From positions 146,881 to 210,880 of the forward strand of contig NW_005201360.1 of the NCBI RefSeq assembly GCF_000372725.1: a stretch of DNA of 64,000 nucleotides. The letters are read 5' to 3'. The notes under the pieces are model-generated. The model was given only the letters and a program-made list of their open reading frames with translations. It was not told where the DNA came from and ran no database searches. This document shows positions 50,661-62,527 of the stretch, in pieces; within the stretch, counting starts at the first letter, position 1; each line of letters begins with the position of its first letter. The position numbers and the translations under genes were made by a program. This DNA comes from Emiliania huxleyi CCMP1516. Its lineage: Eukaryota.

Positions 50661-50684
50661 GTGAGTGAGTGAGTGAGTGAGTGA
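50544..50684. repeat. Compound (CA)n(GA)n(GAGT)n microsatellite
   Basis: Direct reading. Confidence 0.95.
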
Positions 50685-50858
50685 CACTGTGTGTTAGCCA
50701 AAGATAGATAGCATTTAGCAAAAAAATATGTGGTCTCACACGAGGGTCGAGGGTGGCCTCGAGGTGTCCGATCTCTGCGCGTCTCCGCTGCGCTCTCCCG
50801 CTTCCTTTCTACTTTCACATCGTCTCTGTTCGTACCGCGGCACTCCTTCGCTCAAGCC

Positions 50859-52512
50859 TCAACGATTGCGCGGCGAGCGGAACGTGGCCAGCGGACCGAT
50901 GTGTTGCAGGGGTTGATCAGGCTCGAAAGAATGGCTTGGCTCCGGCGGCGCAGGAGGTGCGAGCGCTGGCGCTGGCGCTGGTGCCGGCAGCCTGGATGCA
51001 GGAGGGGCGCCCTTTGAAGAGCGGCGGCTTAGATTTCCTTGCGACTTGCGCAGCTCCTCCGTCCGCGTCGTGGGTACGCTGTGTGTAGAGGATCGGCGTC
51101 TCGATGGGCGAGGAGCGGCGCTCTCATCATCCGGCGCGGGTGAAGCCATCTCGAAGTCGTACTCGGCCATCGACGGCTCCCTGGGCGCCGCTCCCTGTGA
51201 GGCGCGGTCGATGTCGATGGTGTATTCGGCCATGGAGGCCTCCCGCGAGGCGCAGCTGGCGGAGCGCGTGTCATCGGTGGCTTGGCTCGTTTCGCGAGGC
51301 GAAGACTTCAAGGCGAATGGGATTGTCGGAGTAGACCCTCGCGCAACCTTCTCCATCGCCACCTATTGGATCCCCGCATGTGGGCCGCACGAAACTATCG
51401 ACTCGCTGCTGCCAGGAGTGTGGTCTCGCCTTCTCGTCTGGCTGCACGTCCGCAGACGAACGAGAGCAGCAGCAGAGGTAGAGGCAGCCGAGCAGCGTGA
51501 GGAAGAAGGCAATCGCGAGGGAAAGCGAGGTCCATTTGAGCACCCCTATTCGCCCGAAGTGTGGAGGTTAATACAAAGCGACGCCACCCCGAACGCCGCT
51601 GGCTCGGTGGCCGAAGTAGTCGTCGACAAACTCGCCGACTTGCTTTTTGCACGCGCAGAAGGTACCTTTGGGCGTGTTGAGCTTCTCCTCGTTCGAGCTT
51701 GCGTCGGGGTCCTCGGCAGGCCACCAGGAGTCATCATTGTAGCACTGAGGGAAGGAACCGAGGCTGAAAAAGAGATTCGGTTCGATGTCGGAGATGCACC
51801 CCGCCGTGACTCGCTCCGCGAGTTTGCTGTAGGCGACATTCGCGCACGTCAGCTCGTAGACCGGGACCAGCGTGCCGGCGTCCACAACGGACGCGTCGCA
51901 CAAGTACCACGTCTGCCGGATGGCGTCGCGCAGCGCCGTTGCCGCATTCAGCTGCCACGCCTCGATGTCGACAAAGTCTTGCTCCTCAGCCAGCTTGTAC
52001 GCGTTCACCTATCAGGCGTCGAGTGGGCTGCTGGGCGCGAGCTGTAGCTGTGGTGTGGTCAGGACAGGAAGCGGGATCTCACCCATCGAAAGAGGACGGC
52101 GGTGGAGAAGATGAAGGCGACGCAAAAAAGGAGCGGCAGCCAGATGTAGAATGCGAGGGTGCAGCATTTCCTCGGCTTGCAAAGGGCGAGGAAGCCAAAC
52201 AGCGATAGGAGCACAATGACGATGCCAGACACCATAATAATGACATACACGATCGTGGGGTCGTCGTTCAGGTAAAGATGCTCGACCTGTGTCGTGCCCA
52301 GTGCACCGCTCGCGATCGTCGCAGCACCTAATGACACGAGTGCAGCAATGCCGCCACAGTGCGGCCCATTCCCCAGGTAGTCCTACGAAGTGCGTCCAAT
52401 GCTCGGCACCGAGCAGCATGAAGAAGACTGTGGAGATGAAAAGCAGGGTGAGGGAGATGAAGCGCAGAAAGCTGTCGCAGCAGCCTCGCTTCTTCTGCTC
52501 GTCCGTGTCCAT
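50859..52512 (-). CDS. Tetraspanin-like four-TM protein with long C-terminal tail, multi-exon
   Basis: GCCDSFLRFISLTLLF (TM1), IIMVSGIVIVLLSLFGFLALC (TM2), CTLAFYIWLPLLFCVAF (TM3), Cys-containing large loop, SLAIAFFLTLLGCLYLCCC (TM4). No CCG motif seen. Confidence 0.7.
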
Positions 52513-52594
52513 GCTGCAAACGCGAGCCGGCCGACGCCCCCAGCACACGGACAGCCCTCGGTGCCGTAAAACGCCATCTTATTTTGTTTTTTGG

Positions 52595-52896
52595 GTACTA
52601 CACGGCACACGCCCTTGTGACCGGTGCTGCTGCGACTCGAAAGCTGCATGCCCTCCGCCTCTGTCACCGCCAGAGGGTACTCGCCGACCGCCCGCGCGTA
52701 CGCGACCGCCGCCCTCGAGCCGGCCGCCGCCTCCACCGCGGTCGGTGTCGAACGAAGGTTCCGAGGGGGCCATTTTGTCGCCCACTTTTTGGCGGCAAAT
52801 GTAGAGGCCCAATTGTGGTATACACGCCCTTGTGCCCGGTGCTACTGAAAGATGCCGCAGACCCACCGCCTCTGTCGCGACCTCACCCACTTCCAT
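52595..52896 (-). pseudogene. Degenerate AP2-repeat gene relic
   Basis: EAAAGSRAAVAYARAVGE..TEAEGMQLSSRSSTGHKGV plus a second frameshifted unit EVATEAVGL..STGHKGVY; same AEGL..TGY/HKGV signature as the intact AP2 genes. Confidence 0.6.
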
Positions 52897-53502
52897 CCAT
52901 AGTGCCGGCGGCGAGGCTTTTCCCCGGGCGAAAAGATCCGTGCAGAACTTTCACCTGCGAATGGAGTGCCACCGTGGGAGACGAATACGAGCTAGTATAC
53001 AAACTGGCTGGGCGACGACCTCAGTCGGGCAGCCTCGCGCTCGCTCGCTCAGAGGCGTGCTCGACTGCTCGTCCGGGCTCCGCGCCTCTGTGCCTGCCGA
53101 CATCCTCACCCGCTCTGTGTCTTGATCTGCTGACACAGGCCAATAACTTCTCTTCTCCGGCTGGTGTAACCTGTGTTAGTGCCAGTGCGCGCCAGTCCCG
53201 TGCCCAGTGTTGTGCGAGTGAGTTTTATGGTAAAATTCTTCTTCCGACCAGAGAACGACGGCCCACACTTCGGATGGTGCTCACCTCAACACCTTGGGTG
53301 CAGTCCCTCTGACCCTACCCCCGGTGCCGGTGTGGGCGCTGGCCGGCACACTTAGGTAGAGGTACAGTAAGGTACAGACATGGGCCACTTACCTAAGGTG
53401 GAGGTATAGGACACCGCGCGCTGCCTCGGTAAAGGTACGGGTGAGGTACGGGCGCCTCGCCGGACACACGCTCGCCCCCTCCCGACGGCCCCGCCCGACA
53501 CG

Positions 53503-53973
53503 CTACTCATGCAGCGTATGGCGTGTTCTGGAGAACACCGGCGCGCTGGAGCAGCGACATGTCGACGCCACCGAGCGGGTCGGCGGAGGGTGGGTCGGCG
53601 GCGTGGCCGGAGGTCGACGGGCTGGCCGAGCCCGAGGATGGCGCAGCCGAAGCGGCAGCATCGGAGCTATGGCGTCCGAGTCGCAGATGAAGCGGATGCC
53701 GGGCCTAGTGTGCGCGGCGCCCCAGGCCTTGCCGTGCCGCACGAACGTGTGCCGCTCCGTGAACTCGACGGCCGTACCCGTGTACGACGCGTTCTGCTCC
53801 GCGCCGGTGAGGTGCGGGAAGACTGAGTGCTTGCCCGGGAGCCGGCTCTTGATGGCTAGCTTGACGGCCCTCGAGACTGTCAGGGACAGCGGGCCCGGGT
53901 ACTGCTTGATCACGTCCATGCCCATGGACTGGAGCGTCGCGTTCTGCGTGGAGGAGGGCTTCTTGGGCGCCAT
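53503..53973 (-). pseudogene. Unassigned coding fragment flanked by AGGTA-rich repeats, possible transposon relic
   Basis: MAPKKPSSTQ..PGKHSVFPHL..YTGTAVEFTERHTF..GPGIRF-like segment looks globular; flanks carry clustered AGGTA(C/T/G). No TIR or TSD resolved. Confidence 0.35.
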
Positions 53974-54883
53974 GAGAGCTATGTCGTTGCGTTTCGCGCG
54001 ACGGGCGGTGCACACCTTATTCGCGCGCACCGCCGGTGTGAACGTCTCGAGAGTACCCCAGGTACCGGTGTGGACATGTGGTGGGTACCTCGGTATATGG
54101 TGCGCTGAAGGTATAGCACTCACTCACACACCTAGGTAGCGGGTGTGGGCGCTGCGCGCCTACCGACATGTCGGTACAAGGTGTACACCTGCACCTTCCG
54201 TAGCGTGGACGACGGCCAGGCATGCAAACGATGTGCCAGCTTGCACGGCGCTCGCGCCGCGCCGGCTGGCTCATCGAGCGCGTTCTCTGGCGCCGTCCGG
54301 GCCACGCGCGGCGCCGCGCGTGCCGCGCGCCACTCGCCGCGGCAGGCACTACAGCGCCAAAGCCGCCTCACAAACACCGCGCACAGATCCAGGAGGCTGC
54401 TCACCAGGCAGCAGAGTGCTGCACCGGCCTGCAGCAGACGCTGCGGCGCTGCGGCGTCGCCTCCCCGCCCTGTCCACGGAGCAGACGCGCGGCGGCACGG
54501 CCTTCCACCAGCTGCAGGAGGTGCGCACTTCCCAGTGGAAGCACAGGATGCTCCCTCAGCATACGCAGCTTTGCGCAGCGCAGCGTACGGGCCACGCCAC
54601 GCAAAGCCGACCCTCAGTCTGCCCGAGAGGCTGTCTGCGGAAGGCCTGGCAAGCGCGTACTCGCCTCCTCCGCGGCCATGCCCTCCGCCCGGGCGAGCGA
54701 GCACCGCGAGAGTGGAGGACACCACCAGTGATGGATTCGCGTCCCCCAAGAACCACGAGACTTTTCTTCTTCCGAACTCTAGCGCACATGTCAGCCTGTC
54801 TGGTATCGCCCCAGCCGACCCGCTGTGACCTCGCGGGGGCTCGGGTCTTGCCTGCTCCTCCGTGGGTCTCTTCCCACAGGAAT

Positions 54884-55735
54884 GAGGGTATCAAGCGAAC
54901 CAGTTTAGACCATGTTTAGACCCAGTTTAGACCACGGCTGAACACGAACCAGATTAGTCCTGTTTACGATAAACTGGGTCTAAACAGGGCTCGGCCTGGG
55001 TGGGGGACCCCATTAGCCATACCAGGTTTAGACCCGGTTTAGGGCGCCCCTAGCTAGCTCCGCCGCCGCGGCCGCGCTGTGGCTGCGGAAGCGGCAGCGT
55101 GCAGCCGCCATCCTCTGCCTCGGGCCGGACAGCACACCTGGCACACTTGCACCGCGCAACAACAGCCTCGCCGATCAGGCGCACGGTCGGTGTTAGGGCG
55201 CGACGTCGGGCGCGGCGACAGACCAGCTGGCGGCGCCTGCGCCTGGCAAGAAGCGGAAGCGCGTTGATTTTAACGGCCGCAAAGGTGCTAGTAGAAGTGG
55301 TGTTTGGTTGAGCAGTGGTACTCACTGCCCCTCACCAAATGCTTGCAGGCGATGTTCCTGGCCTCGCTCCCGACGTACCGCGCGAAAGATGAGGGGACGC
55401 GCTGCGGCTTCTGCAAGCAGATCTTCGACACGGCGAAGCTGTCGGAAGAGTCCTCGACGCGGCCGCGTGGACCCTCAAGATTGCCATGCACAACCTCGAC
55501 CAGCGCGAGAAGAAGCAAGGCCGCTGACGCTTGCGCGTGCCGCTGAGAGCCGCGTCTCTCTTCAGAGCAGGGGAGCTAGGCGGGGGGGAGGGAGGTGCGC
55601 GCTACGCGGGGGCGAGGGGGGGAGGAACCCCATTAGCCATACCAGGTTTAGACCCAGTTTATCGTAAACAGGACTAATCTGGTTCGTGTTTAGCAGTGGT
55701 CTAAACTGGTCTAAACTGGTTCGCTTGGAACCCTC
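54884..55735. mobile_element. MULE-like non-autonomous element with ~100-bp TIRs
   Basis: Left GAGGGTATCAAGCGAACCAGTTTAGACCA..CACGAACCAGATTAGTCCTGTTTACGATAAACTGGGTCTAAAC mirrors 55645-55735. Degenerate 10-bp flanks CCACAGGAAT / CTACAGGAGC. Confidence 0.75.
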
Positions 55736-55778
55736 CTACAGGAGCAGCTGTGAAGCGGCTGCGGCAATAGCAGACAGC

Positions 55779-58700
55779 ATGTCTGCCCAAGCGCTCTCGC
55801 ATGAGGACAGCAGCCCAGCTGGTCTCCTCGCGGCCTACGACGCGGCGCACGATGAACTTGGAAGCCCACCTCAATCTCGCGTACGCGCGGCGCTCGAGGG
55901 TGCGGCGCAGCGCGGGACACCGCTGACTCATCTCGCGCTGCGCTCGGCCGGCGTCGGAAGCCAGGGCGCGCAGGCCGTTGCCGAGGTGCTCTCGCGCGAC
56001 ACAAACCTGACGCAGGTCAGCCTTGAGGACAACGCGCTGGGCGACGACGGCGCTGCCGCCATCGCACGTGGCCTCAATGGCCACCCGTCGGTCTTTCGGC
56101 TCAATATCGGCTACAACGAGATCACCGGGCGTGGGCTGCGTGGTGTCGCCGAGCTGGTCGCGGCGGGCGGCCCGCTCCTCTGCCTCGACCTCTCCGGCAA
56201 CAACTTTTACCAGAACGTGGCTGTCGCGATGGTTGCGCCCGCCGGCTTGTTCTCTCTCGCGCCAGCCGGTCAGTGCACCACCGGCCTCTCTTCACACGGG
56301 TGGGCGTGAACAGGCATGTCGCCGCTCGCGCCGCTGGGCCGCGCGCTCGCCAGCGCCGAGTGCCGGCTTCAGCTGCTGCTGCTCGACCAGGCGCCAACCC
56401 TGAAGAGCCTCTCCTCTTCCCGGACCCTTCCCTGAACCTTCTCGGAACCCGCCTGCAGGCCGACGTGGACGCTAAGAGCCTCGCCGCCTTGGTCGACGGC
56501 CTCCTCCGCAACACGTCCCTCGTGAACTTGCGACTGGGCGAGAACAACATCGACGCGCGCTCCGCCAGCCTCATCGGCGAGCCACCCCCCGCCTCCGCCT
56601 CCGCCTCCGCCTCCGCCTCCGCCTCCGCCTCCGCCTCCGCCTCCGCCTCGCCCCGCCTCGCCCACTCGCCCCCGCCTCGCGCCGGCAGGCAAGCTGCTGC
56701 GCGGGAACACGGCCCTCACCTCGCTCGACCTGCGAGATAACAAGCTCGCGGACGCGGTGCCTCCTCGCCGAGATCCAGCCGAGATCCAGCCGAGATCTGG
56801 CCGAGATCTGGCCGAGATCTGGCCGAGATCTGGCCGAGATCGCATCTCGCAAGCCTGGCTTCGCACAGCACATGCGCGGGCTTGGTCTCCTCCTGCGCGA
56901 CCTTCCGCCCGTCACCCGCATCGCCCACAGCCCTCTGCATTCCCCCGTCGCACAGGGCGCGGCGACGCTCGCCGCGGCCCTCGCCGCAAACAGCAGCCTC
57001 AAGTGCCTCGTCCTGTGGAGCAACGGCATCGCAGAGCAAGGCGCGCCCTCCCCCGCCGCCCCTCTCTCATGGCACTGTGGCACTGTCGCACACTGTCGGT
57101 GGCCCGACCGAGCGCTCGCTCCGGCGTGCCGCGCCAGGCGCCGCGGCGGTGGCGTCCGTCCTCTCCGAGCAGCCGTCCCTCCGCATCCTGGACTTGGGCG
57201 GGAACGCGGTCGGCGTGGGCGGCGTCGAGGCGCTCAAGGCGGCGCTGCTACGGAACCGCAGCCTGCACACCCTCGGCCTCGCGAACGCCCAGCTCGGGCA
57301 CGAGGGTGGCATCGCGCTCGCGGGCGCCATCGAGGGGAACGCCCACCTGACCCGGCTCGACCTGCGGCGCAACTCGCTGCACGTCGCCGGGCTGATGGCG
57401 CTGCGGCTCGCGATGAAGACGAACTCGGCGCTGCTCGAGGTGCGCCGCGGGGGGAGGAAGGGGAGAGTGCGGCCGCAGAAGGGGTGGGGAGGGCGGGGAG
57501 GGCGGGGAGGGCGGTGTGGGGTCGTGGGGTCTGTGTGTGGGGGGGGGGGGGTCTTTGGGGGGGGGGTGGGGGGGTCTTTGGGGGTGGGGCCGGGGTGGGG
57601 GGGGGTCCCTCGCTGCTTCAACGCGCCCGCGGCTCCCCGACAGCACGGCCCGCTGCCCCGCGGCTCGCCCTCCAGGTTGCCGTCGACACGGCCTTTGTCG
57701 GCGAGGCCGCGGAGGACCGCGAGCTCGAGCAGAGCTTCGCCGCCGAGATCAAGGCGGCGTGCGCCGCAAACAAGGACCGCACGCACAACGAGGCGAGCGC
57801 GGTGCCGGGCGAGGCGGCGGCGGCGCTAGGCGGCACCGACCCGAGTCGCCCCGACAGCAGCGGCGGCTCCCGCGCGCTCGACCTGCTCGCTCGCAAGGGG
57901 CTGCCTGCTGCAGAGCCCACCGCCGCTGTCTCCCACCCCTTCTCCCAGCCCTTCCCCGCGACGGCGCTCGGCGCTGCCGGCCCGCTGCACCCCGCGAGAT
58001 TGCCCGAGGTGACCCGAGATGACCCGAGATTAGGCGGCCGAGTGCCGTGCGCTGGGCCGCGCGAGGCTGCAGGCGCTGGGCGTGGCGGAGGCTGCCATCG
58101 ACGTGCCGCTGCTCGGCGCCGCGGCTCCGCCGCCGCCGCCACCGCCACCGCCACGGGTGCGGGTGATGCAGTGGAACCTGCTTGCGCGCGGCATGGCCAG
58201 CGATGGCTTCGAGGTGGAGGACGTGCTGGCGGAGCCGCCCGCGGACGACGAGAGTGCGGCGGTGGCGCGTGCGGCGCGCAACCTCTCCGCCGTCGTCGAC
58301 CCGCTCGCTCGGTGGGCGAGGGTGCGCGAGGCGGTCGCGGCCTACTCGCCCGACCTGATCGCCGTGCAGGAGCTCGACTGGCTGCCCGAGGCGATCGGCG
58401 GCCTGGCCGCGCTCGGCTATGAGTGCGGCGGGAGCGGCGCGCCGCTGCGTGCGCCGCCAACCTCAGCCAACCTCGGCTGACCCCGGCTCGTCCGTCCATC
58501 AGGCGCGCCGCCGTACGCGCCGCCGCACACGCAGCTCAAGCCGACGCCGGCGGACGAGCCGCCGCCGCTCGCCAGCTACCTCGCCGTCCTCGAGGCGTCG
58601 GGGCGCGCGTTTGCGCCAAAGGTGCCGTCGGTGTGCCGGCAGCTCAAGGTGGCCGCCGGCGAGGCGAGCGACGCGGCGTGCGACGACGGGATCTGCCTCT

Positions 58701-60407
58701 TCTGGAAGAGCGGCGCGTGGGAGGCCGCGGCGCCGGTCGAGTACTGCGGCTCCTCCAACGCCGCCGGCCGCTGCCGCGCCCACTTGCGCGTGCGGCTGCG
58801 GCGGATCGCGGATGGGGCGCCCCTCACGGCCGTGGTCGCGCACCTTGGCTCGGGCAGCTCTGCCGGCGCTGAGGCCCTCAGGCTGGCCGAGCTCGAGGCT
58901 CCGACGACTCTGCTCGCTCCGCACGTGCTTGGCGAGCCGCGGCGCGAGGTGGCTGGCCCGTCGCTGCTTGGCTGCTTGCGCGAGGCGGTCGCCGCGAATG
59001 AGCCGACGCTCCTCTGCCTCGACGCGAACTCGGAGCCCGACCGCGCCGACCGCGCCGCCGGCAGTGTCTGGGCGGCGGTCCGCGGCGTGGAGGGCGTGCG
59101 CAGCGTGTGGGAGGAGTGGTTCGACTCGTCTGGGGCGCCGACAGGGGCGGCCGCCGCGCAGCCCGTCAGCACCAACAAGCGGCGCGGCCAGCTCTCTCGC
59201 CAGCCGGCAAAGGTTGACGAGCATGCCTGCCGGCTGATCGATCACGTCTTCTACACCGCGCCGACGCTCGCGCTCCCGGAGCACGCCTTTGGCCCGGTCG
59301 CCTTTGCCGACGAGGCAGCCGCGCTTGCGGCGCCGCTCCCGTCGCTCGCGGTGCCTTCGGACCACTACCCGGTGGTCGTCGACCTCTTGCTGCAGCCCGC
59401 AGCGGAGGTGGGGGCCGAGGCGACGCCGGAGAACGGCGGTCTGGCTTCTGGGGGGGAAGGGGCGGCGGCGGAGGAGGAGGAGGCAGCGGCCGCGGCCGCG
59501 ACGGCGAGCGCGGAGGCGGCCGAGGCTGCAGGGATTGAGGCGGCAGCAGCTGCTGCTGTGGCGGCGGCGGCTGCCACTGCCGCGGCGGCGGCGGCGGAGG
59601 AGGAGAAAGCCGCCGCCCTGGCGGAGGCGGCGGCAGGGGAGGAGGCGGCGGGCAAGGCGGTGTCTGAGGCGGCGGCGGCGGTTGAGCAAGCGCGCGCCGC
59701 CGAGGCGACTCGAATCGAGACGGAGAAGGCGGCGGAGGAGGAGGCGGAGCGGTTGGCTGCCGAGGCGGCAGCGGCCGAGGCACGTTGATGACATGCAAGG
59801 TGGAGTGACTTGCGATTCGCCTCACCGTGTCGCGTCGCATGTGTAGGCGGCGCAGGCTGCCGCAGCCTTCTCCGCCGCAGCGGCAGCAGAGAAGGCGGCG
59901 GCAGCAGAGAAGGCGGCAGCAGCGGAGGCCGCGGCGGCAGCTGAGGCGGCAGCGGAGGCGGCGGAGGCGGAGGCGGCGGCAACGAGGGTTCGCCTCGAGG
60001 AGGAGGCTGCGGCGGAGGCTGCACGTGCCGCGGAGGCGGCTCGGGCCGAGGCGGAGAAGGCAGCGGAGGCGGAGGCGGAGCGGCTAGCGGCGGAGGCCAG
60101 CCAACGGGAGGCGGAGGAAGTGGCGGCGGCTGCCGCGGCCGCCGTTGCGGATTGGACGGCGAGATTGAGCCGAGATGCGCCATCATCGCACGGTCGGGTA
60201 CCTGAGCCCGTCCTTCTGAGGGGATGGCTCGCTCTTTAGGCGAATGGCGATTCGGCCGTGACTGCGGTCGACGGGTCGGACGATTTTGCGGCGCTGTTGT
60301 TCGCGCCCGCGGCGGCCGCGTCTGCGTTCGAAGAGGCGCCACCTATGGGAGCCGAGACCGAGAAGGTCAAGCCTCTGGATCCAGACGCTTTGGATGCATT
60401 CTTTTGA
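55779..60407 (+). CDS. RNI-like LRR domain fused to a nocturnin/CCR4-type EEP phosphoesterase and an Ala/Glu tail, multi-exon
   Basis: LRRs (LTQVSLEDNALGDDGA, LRILDLGGNAVG). EEP: VRVMQWNLLA, PDLIAVQELD, FAPK, DDGICLFW, VAHL, LDANSEP, IDHVFY, PSDHYPV. In-frame GC-AG intron 57964-58033 links the two. Confidence 0.75.
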
Positions 60408-60802
60408 GGTGTGTCCGAAGTGGGTGCTACTGACCTAGTGTGCGCCAGTCCACGCCCTTGTAGTGCCAGTGTGCTGTGAGAGAGGCTTGTATTCGAAAAG
60501 AGCTCTTCTTTTTGGGTTGTCAGCGCAGAAATCTTCAAGGTCGACCCCCAGACCCTCGTGTCACTGTCAGCCGGACAAGCTGCACGCGCATCAGCCTCTC
60601 GCATGACAGCGAAATGTGCGACTCTTTTCTCTCTTTTGACTCTCGTATATCACTATCAGCGTGAGAGATGGTCTACTTTTCCAAAATAAGTGAGCTGTGG
60701 CGGATCTCTTGTAAATCATCTCCGCTCGATCCCGAGCGCGCCGACGCGCGGTGCCACTACAAGGCGGTGCCACAGAGAGTCCTGCATTGTGTGTGCATTG
60801 TG

Positions 60803-60902
<100 letters not shown>

Positions 60903-60919
60903 CCGGGCGCCGTGCGAGC

Positions 60920-62232
60920 CTAGACAAGAGGGACAGGGCCGCTCAGCCTGCTCGATAACTTTGACGGCGTGGTTGGCCCAAAAGACGTGCGAGAAGAGCT
61001 GCGGCCGCTAAGGCGCGCCTCGAAGCTGCTGTTGCTGCGCCAGCGGGAGACCGTCTTTCGGTCGCCAAAGAGGAGCTTCTCGACGTGGAGCTGACCTGCG
61101 GCGGACCGGCAAAGCCTCGCCTCCTCCTCATGTTGTGGACGGCATTTGGGTGGACGGGGGCTGCGACGGCAATGAGGACGCGCCTTCGGAACTCTTGCGC
61201 GAGCTGAGCACCTGCGAGGTCCTCCCGAGCACCGACTGCATCCGCGACCGCTCTATCGCTTGTGCCTCGGCCTATGGATGCACAGTTTTAGCGTCCGGAA
61301 GAGTAGCGAGAGTTCTGCTTCTCAGCAGTGCAAAGCGCGCGTGGTAGGCCTCACTTCCTGGCTGTCGCCGGAGAGTGGCAGCTAGCGCGCCGGCGGCAGC
61401 CATTGCGGCGGGGCTGTCCTCCCCCGAGGTCCGCTTTGCAGTCTCCCACGAGTCCCTCCTCAATGAGACCTACTCGCGACAAGGTCTGTGGGCGCAGGCT
61501 TGGGGGCTCGCAACCATCAGGCGGTGCAATGCGCGCCGCCGCCGCGTACTCCCCGAGCTCCACGAGGTTCAACGCAAGGTTGTTCGCCAGTGTCTAACAA
61601 TGCTCGGAGGGCTGAGATGAGTCGAGGTAAGTTCGGCGGCTAGTTCCGAGGCCTTTGACACACCTGCGTGTCCGGGTGGCCACCGCCCGAGGACTGCCTC
61701 CGCAGCAATAGGAGATGCCGCTGCAGCTCGACCGCCCCTGCGGCGTTTCCCGCGTCCTTCATCGCGTCCGCAAGGTTGCTAAGTGCCTGCAGGCCAGTGA
61801 TTTCGGCTGTGGGCGAAACGAGGGTGGCCGGTGATCAAGCACCAAGGAGGCGGCCTCGAGCTTCTCGTCATCATCATCCGGGAGGCCAGCCACCTGCTCG
61901 CACCACGCCTGCGCCAGCCCCATCTGCGTCTCGCCGCTGTACTCTTGCCGGCATTTCCCACACTCCCACCACACCCTCCAGTTGCCCTCAATCGCCGTCT
62001 GTGCAGGGGTGTGGTTTGTGAGCACGGGCGGAGAGGGTGGAGGTGGGTGATACAGAGACGACGCTGGTCAGTGGAGAGGCGCCTGCAGATGCGCAGCCTC
62101 GTTGATCCGGCACTCCAGGTGCGCGAGGCCTTGGGCGGGACCGCAGCCGCAGCCACCGTGAATGGGAGGGTAAGAGTTGGAGTTGCAGATCGTGCAGACC
62201 CCGGCGGTGACGGAGTCGCTCCGACCTGACAT
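60920..62232 (-). CDS. RING-CH-like zinc finger + TPR-like repeat protein, multi-exon, possibly degenerate
   Basis: CTIC..GCGC..LAHLEC..WECGKC (C4HC3), then ALSNLADAMKDAGNAAGAVELQR..GHPDT..ANNLALNLVELGEYAAA. 3' end approximate. Confidence 0.6.
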
Positions 62233-62527
62233 GGCGACTCACGGGGCGACTGATCGTCCGTCCCCTTCGCGACGCGGGGGGGGCACTCTAGAACGGAGAA
62301 CGGACGAATGTTTCCTTCTTTTTCTCGCTGTGCCTTTTGAGGTGCTTTAGGTTTGTTGTTGGCAAATCAGGACACAGAGCTCACGCAAATTCACCGTGGG
62401 AGGAAAGCGGCGAGTCGCTTTGTGGTGCTAGTCCGTGCCAGTCTGCTAAAAGAAAGAAAGAAAAACAGACCACCCAAGCATCGGTCTTCATGTCGCGCGT
62501 TACTCGCGCTCACACGCACGCCCACAG

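Noticed and set aside
43019..53198. Shared ~29-bp motif ACCTGTGTTAGTG(T/C)CAG(C/T)GCGCGCCAGTC at 43019 and 53170
   Set aside because: Real similarity but too short, with no boundaries or function assignable.
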